Made by a program: the position numbers and the translations under genes. From assembly GCA_951406725.2 (NCBI GenBank), contig OX597821.1, positions 55,304,001 through 55,368,000 of the forward strand: a stretch of 64,000 nt of DNA. The letters are read 5' to 3'. The stretch is from Octopus vulgaris. Lineage: Eukaryota. This document shows, in pieces, positions 56,296 to 64,000 of the stretch; position 1 is the first letter of the stretch; each line of letters starts with the position of its first letter. Below the pieces are notes generated by a model that saw nothing but the letters and a program-made list of their open reading frames with translations, was not told where the DNA came from and did no database searches.

Positions 56296-58699
56296 CATAC
56301 ACACACACATATTACTTATGGATAGATATGCGTATGAAACGTTTAAATATATAAATATATATATATATATATAAAATGTATATCTATTTATCTATGTACA
56401 CATATGGATGGATGTATGTGCGTGTGTGCGTATGTGTGAATGCAAAACAAACATCTGTCACACACATTCCATCTCAATCCATTTTCTGTCATACGCACAC
56501 CTTAATCTCTCTATTTGCTCACCCACATTGTATATCGAAATCTTTCAAACTATTCCACATATTCTCTCATTTATGCACTGTCTCTCCATATTTCTCTTTC
56601 TCTCTCTCTCTCTTGCTCTCTTCCTCTCTTTCTCTCTCTCTTCTATTTCTCTCTCTGCTTCTTCCTCTCTCTCTTTCTCCTTCTTCCTCTCTCTCTTCCT
56701 CTCTCTCGCTCTCTCTCTTTCTCTTTGCTTTTCCCTTTATTTCTTCTTCCTTCCCAGTCGCTCTCCTTCTTTTATCTGTCTACCACCTACCCGTCCATCC
56801 ACTTTCCATGCAATCTTTACTCTCTTAATTTCTTCTCCCCTCTTTTCCCAAGTCCATTCATGCTATTTCTTACATCCACTAAACTTTCTCTCGTTCACTG
56901 TCACATTCTATTTCTTCTTCTTCTTCTTCTTCTTCTTCTTCTTCTTCTTCTTCTTCTTCTTCTTCTTCTTCTTCTTCTTCTTCTTCTTCTTCTTCTTCTT
57001 CTTCATCTTATTCCTCTCCTCCTCCTCCTCTTCCTTCTTCTTCCCCCTCCCCTTCCCCCTCCCCCTCCTTCTTCTTCTTCTTCTTCTCCTTTGCCTCTGT
57101 CTCTCTCTCTGCTCCTGTACCTCCTCCTCCCTTTATTTTACCTTCCTCATCTCTTTCACTTCTTTAATTTTTCTTCGTTTTCTTCTCCTCTCTCTTCTCT
57201 CTCTCTCCATCACTCCCCTTCTCTCCCTTGTTAATATACTTTGACGATTATTGTTATTTTTTCCTTATTCCTTTGTGAACTTTAACATCCCGCTCATTCA
57301 CACAGATCTTTTCTTTATCTCCACTACCATATTTTACCTGTCGCTTTTTATCATATCATTCAGTCTCCACGCATTGTTCAATCGTCTCCCTTTCTCACCC
57401 TTTATTTTTCCCTATTCCTTACTCTCAAGATTCCACATTGGATTTCACTGGAAAATCAACAAAGTAACTTCTATGTGGTCACTCGGCTAGAGACCAGAAA
57501 TAGCAACCAAATTCCCTCAAAACATACTAAACATCTTCAATAATAGCAGAACAATGAGAAAAAAGAAAAGGAATAGGGTAAACAGAGCAGGAATGCGTTT
57601 GACTACGCATCTACAAATTTAGGGCTACCTGAAAATAGAAAAAAGAACCGAAAAGAATATCCTGTATCTCTTCTATCTTCCAACTTTGTCTTACTCCTCA
57701 AAACTCTTATTTCTCTTCTTTCCTCTTCGATAATTCTTCCCTTCAAAACTTTTTCGTCGATATCTTGTATGTCTTGTCATTATTCTCTCTCCCCTTATAA
57801 CCATCACTGCTATTGCTATATCATTTTATATCTTCTCATATTATTATCTTAATCGCGATTGATTAATATCTTGTTTCTTATCTTATTTCAACTCTTTCTT
57901 CTAGCCTTTGTCTCTCACTCTCACTCTCTCACTCTCGATGTAGATTGATATTTCATCTGTTCCCTCTTGCTCTCTCTCTCTCTCTCACATCCCATTATTT
58001 CAGAATTTCCACTTCTATTCTCCATCACTTTCTCTCTTTCGCTCTCTCTCTCTCTCCCTCTCTTGTCCTTGTTTTGTCCTTATCAGTCCTTTTCAGCACT
58101 GGTTTAAATCAACTTCCCGAATACTCATAAAAGAATCACCAAATTTATACATTTGTCTTAGTTTACCCATATTTTAAATTCCTGCCTTCACACTCACTTT
58201 CTTTTCTCCGTTCACTTACATCACCACTTCTGCTGACATTCATACCCTCTGGCTTCTACATTCACATTTTCTTTCTGTCACTTCAATGTACTGAAACTCT
58301 CACACGCGCTCTCACACTCCATACATAATAAATACACACACACACACATCCTCTGTTGCTCACCACATCCTCTGTTGCTCACCACATTACACTCTCCAAC
58401 TCAGACTCTTCGTATCTCAACTCGCTCTCTAAATACCATTCAGTTTCCTCTGATTTCACTTACAAATAAAACTATAAAAAGCTCGTATCAAATGATGAAA
58501 TATTATTTCAAAATGCAATAGTTTTACTCCGAGTAGTACCCGCCAGGTATAACAGTTAGCTCGCCCAGGTGATCTTGTTCAATGATTTCTCTGTGACTTG
58601 AAACAATGAAAAATAATGTGATCTGTAAAGAGACACAACGAATCACTACCACGTGTAACCACGTCTATACACACGCACAAATGTATATATACTCTATAC

Positions 58700-58730
<31 letters not shown>

Positions 58731-59329
58731 TGTATGTATGTATGTATGTATGTATGTATGTATGTATGTATGTATGTATGTATGTATGTATATACGTATG
58801 TATATACGTATGTATGTATGTTAGATCTTTAGCTAGGCTAAAAAGTCACATTCGATCACAGCACCAATGACAGTTAAGCGTCGAGCAATGGCCATACTCG
58901 ATAACGAGGGGGCAGCCATCATGTATGTATGTATGCATTTATGTATGTACGTATATATGTATGTAATAACAAAGGCAGTCATACGCTATGTAAAACCAAA
59001 AAGGAACAATTCAGTTCTAACTAATTATGACTGAAGGTGCTGGCTCGCTAGAAATAAGAGTTTAAAACCCTTAGATCTGCAAGAAAGCACATTTTAATAT
59101 ACTGAGAAGGGTGATAATTTGTTTCTAGCGATGTAGGTGCAACGCGGCACCATCAGTCACAATTAGAGACAACTGAATTGCTGGTTTTTTTTTGGGTTTT
59201 ATATTGCGTAAAGTTGTCTTCGTAATTTTATACTTTTCACTTTAGCATTTTGGTGAATCAGCGATGAATTCATATGGTGAATATGTATACTGACAGTCAT
59301 GACTTAGACAAACCATCCAACGATATTCT

Positions 59330-59550
59330 TTTATTCTTTTATTTTTTAATTGTTTCAGTCATATGACTGCAACCATGCTTGAGTACAACCTTGAAGGATT
59401 TTAGCCGAATGAATCGGCCCCAGGACTTATTTTCTAAAACCTAGTACTTATTCTGTCGGGATTTTTGGCCGATACACTAGGCTACGGGGACATAAACACA
59501 CCAACAATGATTGTCAAGTGGTGAGGGTAAGGGAGAAAAGAACAAACACG

Positions 59551-59620
<70 letters not shown>

Positions 59621-59798
59621 GGAATTGGTGTGTGGTAAGTAGCTTGCTTACTAACCACATGGTTCTGCGTTCAGTCTCACTGTGTGGTATCTTGGGTAAG
59701 TGTCTTCTACTATAGCCTCGGGTTTGACAAAAGCCTTGTGAGTGGGTTTGGTAGACAGCAACTGAAAGAAGCCTGTCGTATACATACACACACACACG

Positions 59799-59829
<31 letters not shown>

Positions 59830-60035
59830 GCTTGTGTGTCAGTGTTTCTCACCCCCACCATCGCTTGACAACCGATGTTGGTGTGTTACGTCCTCGTAGC
59901 TTAGCGGTTCGGCTAAAAAAGGACCGATGGAATAAGTACTAGGCTTACAAAGAATAAGTCCTTGGGTTGATTAGTTCGATTAAAGGTGGTGCTCCAGCAT
60001 GGCCGCAGTCAAATGACTGAAACAAATAAAGCATT

Positions 60036-60067
<32 letters not shown>

Positions 60068-60500
60068 GGCGGGCTTCTTTCAGCTTCCGTCTACCAAATC
60101 CACTCAAAAGGCATTAGTATAGTAGAATACATCCAAATCTCACAGACTAAAGCCTGTGCCATGTCAGGGTTTAATCTGTGAGCAAGCTTCTTTCCACACA
60201 GCTACGACTGCACCAATAAAGTGAACTTGTACTTTCATCATTTTTTTTTGTACTTGTTTCACTCATTTGAATGTGATCAAATCGGCTCCAGATTTTCAGG
60301 TTCGTGTTGGGTGACAAACTGAGTCACATAGATATATACATATACATACAACGGGTTTCTTTCAGTTTTCATCAACGAAATCCACTCATAAGGCTTTGGT
60401 CGGCCCGAAGCTACAATAGACATCTGGCGAAGGTGCCATGTAGTGGGACTGAATTCAGAACCATATGGATGAGAAGTAAGCTTCTTACCGCACAGTCTTC
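59330..60500. mobile_element. Cluster of SINE family B copies in both orientations
   Basis: Minus body 59330-59560, plus copy 59620-60030, minus heads about 60065-60210 and 60345-60500. Confidence 0.75.
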
Positions 60501-60694
60501 ATATATATGTAAAGGATTTTCATTTAATGACTGAATGTAATAGGTATGTAATCTAAATGCTCGGTTTGGTTTACCCCTAAAACTCTGGCTTGAATTGCAA
60601 CTGAAAACAAGTTGCTGTTGATGCTATCTGTTAAAACTCTCTAGAGGTTGTTCGACGTGGAGCTGGTATACATATATATATATATATATATATA

Positions 60695-60961
60695 ACAATT
60701 GCAGTGTGGAATGTGTTTATAAGCCATTTAAGAAACACATAAAACCGTTAGATTCACTTCAACATTTAAATTTAATTTGTGAAAATATTTTCGTCGCTTT
60801 GAGACCGCGACCTGTTCACTGACAAAGCTTCGTGCTGCATCTGAGAAAGTAACAGTTAGTTCATGATATATATGTACGTATGTATATGTATGTGTGTGTA
60901 TGTATCTAACGGTTTTGTGCGTTTCTTAAATGGCTTATAAACACCTTCCACGCTGCAATTG

Positions 60962-61001
<40 letters not shown>

Positions 61002-61067
61002 TTGCAATTGTTTTCATGCCAGCACACGATCTCAGATAAAGTCACTTGCTATGCAAGTACATCTCCG

Positions 61068-61072
<5 letters not shown>
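60695..61072. mobile_element. Inverted pair of Penelope-like terminal-repeat fragments (G3-C8 family)
   Basis: Long arm 60695-60900 with motif at 60776-60826 (-); short inverted arm 60905-60963; tail segment 60999-61072 after a (TA)n tract. Confidence 0.85.
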
Positions 61073-61125
<53 letters not shown>

Positions 61126-61127
61126 TG

Positions 61128-61337
61128 CTTTCAAACTTTGGTGAAAGGCCTGCAAACTCAGTTAATGGGTATGTCGATTACATAGACTCTAGTGCTCAAC
61201 TGGTACTTCTTTTATCGACAACGAAATGTTGGAAAGCAGAGTCGACCTCGGTGGAATTTTATCTCAAAACAGACGGACGAAATGTTGTTAAGCATTTTAC
61301 CCGGGGTGCAAAAGATTCTACCATCTCACCACCTTAC
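61128..61337 (-). mobile_element. SINE-like family A
   Basis: caactggtacttcttttatcgac..gtcgacctcggtggaattt..gacggacgaaatgttgttaagcatttt. Confidence 0.7.
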
Positions 61338-61352
61338 TAGTATATATATTAT

Positions 61353-61655
61353 TGTAACGTAGTTACCAGTCACCTATTTTTATAATATCGCCACTATTTA
61401 TGACGATGCTTCTTTACACTATAACCGTGTAATAACAATAAAATATATAACAAAACAGGGTAACAACAACATAACAATCCAACAAAATTCAACACGAACA
61501 ATAAACGAACAAACAAACGATATTCCGTCAACTACCAAAACGACACCTTACGACTTCCTGAGTATGACGCCTGCTCTGTCTCTTACTCAGACCGCTGCTA
61601 TTTATAGTCGTTCTGTCAAGTCTATTCTTGCAGTGCGGTGCTGTCACTCTCGTAC

Positions 61656-61659
<4 letters not shown>
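61353..61659 (-). mobile_element. Probable solo LTR
   Basis: TGT...ACA termini, about 307 bp, TATAAATA on the minus strand, inserted in microsatellite; TSD not resolvable. Confidence 0.45.
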
Positions 61660-61735
<76 letters not shown>

Positions 61736-61766
61736 TCGACATCAAATGAGAGCCACTCTTTTACTT

Positions 61767-61826
<60 letters not shown>

Positions 61827-61911
61827 ATGTATGTATGTATGTATATATGTATATATATATATATGTATATATGTATGTATATATGTATATATATATATGT
61901 ATATATTTATA

Positions 61912-61945
<34 letters not shown>

Positions 61946-61952
61946 CATATAT

Positions 61953-62005
<53 letters not shown>

Positions 62006-62400
62006 CTAGCAGTATCGCCCGGCGTTGCTCGGGTTTGTAAGGGAAATAATTATATAAGCATTTTTAGAGATGTAAAGTATAATACCCATCTCAATATGGC
62101 TAACCACAAAGCGGGAGGGGTGTTACTGTAGCTTTTTACGTTCTGAGATTTAATGATAAATTTTAGAGAGTTACTTCCCTTATATATGTCAAAAATGGAT
62201 TAAAAATGGGAAAAATTGATGGTAAATTTTTTTTTAAATCGTAGATTCATCGTAGACGCGCGCTAATACCCAGACGGTCTCGATATGAATCACGACTATA
62301 AGATACCCGGTTTTGGTTAAACTGCACCGCAAAATGTGGGAGTAGTTAGGAATCTAAATCGTAGGAGACAGACACACAACCTCACTTTTATATATAAAGA
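62006..62400 (-). mobile_element. Non-autonomous Helitron (395 bp)
   Basis: Minus strand A|TCtttatatataaaag ... hairpin cccgagcaacgccggg ... CTAG|T: 5'-TC, 3'-CTAG, subterminal hairpin and A-T insertion site. Confidence 0.85.
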
Positions 62401-62500
62401 TTTCCTCTATTTACATAATATTGAGGTCTCTTTCTTTCTTTTGTTATCTTACTGTTTTTACCAATATACATATATATATATATATATAAATATATATATA

Positions 62501-62823
62501 GTTACAGAGATGTACTTGCATAGCAAGTGACTTGATCTGAGATCGTGTGCTGGAACGAAAACAGTTGCAGCGTTGAAGGTGTTTATAAGCCATTTAAGAA
62601 ACACACAAAAACCGTTAGATTCACTTCAACATTTAAATTTAATTTGTCAAAATATTTTCGTCGCTTTGAGACCGCGACCTGTTAGCACGATATTTTTGTC
62701 AGTGAACAGGTCGCGGTCTGAAAGCGACGAAAATATTTTGGCAAATTAAATTTAAATGTTGAAGTGAATGTAACGGTTTTTGTGTGTTTCTTAAATGGCT
62801 TACAAACACCTTCCACGCTGCAA
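62501..62823. mobile_element. Inverted pair of Penelope-like terminal-repeat fragments (G3-C8 family)
   Basis: Left arm with tail, broken inside the motif core at about 62683; right arm motif 62695-62745 (+) has tggcaaa, keeping stem I through a G-U pair. Confidence 0.85.
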
Positions 62824-63189
62824 TATATATATACACACATATATATATATATATGTATGTATGTATGTATGTGTGTATATGTGTATGCATGTATGTGTGT
62901 GTGTGTGCGTGTCTGTGCTTGTGATTGTCCTCCACCACTGCTTGACAACGAATGTTGGTTTGTTTACATCCCTGTCACCTAGTGGTTTGACAAAGGAAAC
63001 AGATAGAATAAGTACAATGCTTACAAAAATAAAACTGGAGTTGATTCATTAAACTACAATTCTTCAAGGCATTGCCCCAGCATGGCCACAGACCAATGGC
63101 TGGAAAAAGCAGAAGAATAAAAGAATACATTCTCTGCTTTGGTCTTATGTTCAAGGCATGAGAAAGCTTGAGTTTACATGAGAAGGCCT

Positions 63190-63670
63190 AACAGACCTGG
63201 TAGAAACAGCAGCCAAATCTCCCTCAAATCACACCTTACTGTCTTATGTATGTATATATATATGAGCCAATGAGGGGGACCTCTACATGGTAGCTAGACC
63301 TGGTAGAAATAGCAGCCAAATTTCCCCCAAATCACACCTTACTGTCTTATCTATGTATATATGTATGTATGAGCCTATGAGGGAGACCCCTACATGGCAG
63401 CTAGACCTGGTAGAAATAGCAGCCAAATTTCCCCCAAATCACACCTTACTGTCTTATCTATGTATATATGTATGTATGAGCCTATGAGGGAGACCCCTAC
63501 ATGGCAGCTAGACCTGGTAGAAATAGCAGCCAAATTTCCCCCAAATCACACCTTACTGTCTTATCTATGTATATATGTATGTATGAGCCTATGAGGAGAC
63601 CCCTACATGGCAGCTAGACATGGTAGAAATAGCAGCCAAATCTCCCTCAAATCACACCTTACTGTCTTAT
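63190..63670 (+). repeat. 107-bp tandem repeat, about 4.5 units
   Basis: ctagacctggtagaaatagcagccaaat.. at 63294, 63401, 63508 and 63614 plus a diverged unit at about 63190. Confidence 0.92.
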
Positions 63671-64000
63671 CTTTCTGCTACTTGGATATAGGTGTTATAT
63701 TCGTCGTAAAAAACTTTCCTGTCACACACTCACGCACACGCACACACACACACACACACACGCACCCTCACACACACACACACGCGCACACCCACACACA
63801 CACTCACACACACGCACGTTAGCTTACAATTTTATTTATATATTTGCGTGTCTATGTGTGGAAAGAGGAGGCAGAGTGAAAGAATCACTCACTACAGTAA
63901 GTCAATTACTTTCATTTTATTCGTTGCCCACTGTGTGTGTGCGTTTGCGTGTGCTGTAAACCAGACTAAGAAAAGCATTTGACACACACACCAGAATGTG

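Noticed and set aside
56376-57244. Long hydrophobic ORFs
   Set aside because: Polypyrimidine (CT/CTT) low-complexity sequence.
63190-63670. Regularly spaced repeats resembling a CRISPR array
   Set aside because: The spacers are identical, context is eukaryotic and there are no cas genes; it is a tandem repeat.

Overview
AT-rich, microsatellite-saturated eukaryotic DNA; the repeat families look like an octopod (Octopus) genome (inference from the repeats). Almost all ORF-track entries are translations of microsatellites. The only convincing host coding sequence is a minus-strand first coding exon (53566-53781) of a natriuretic-peptide-receptor / receptor guanylyl cyclase-like gene, so 1-53565 is probably intron. 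The rest is decayed transposons: mariner/Tc1 copies, a MITE, a short Helitron, CR1-like and RLE-type LINE fragments, a probable solo LTR, several SINE families and Penelope-like (GIY-YIG) fragments. Main observation: many minimal type-I hammerhead ribozyme motifs linked to Penelope-like repeats. One family, present in four inverted-pair insertions, carries a G3-C8 swap of the conserved C3-G8 core pair (GUGAACA instead of CUGANGA); canonical C3-G8 motifs and a possible U3-A8 variant also occur. These insertions form long palindromes, mostly in (TA)n tracts, and most lie inside the putative intron. All folds were read by eye and no activity is shown.
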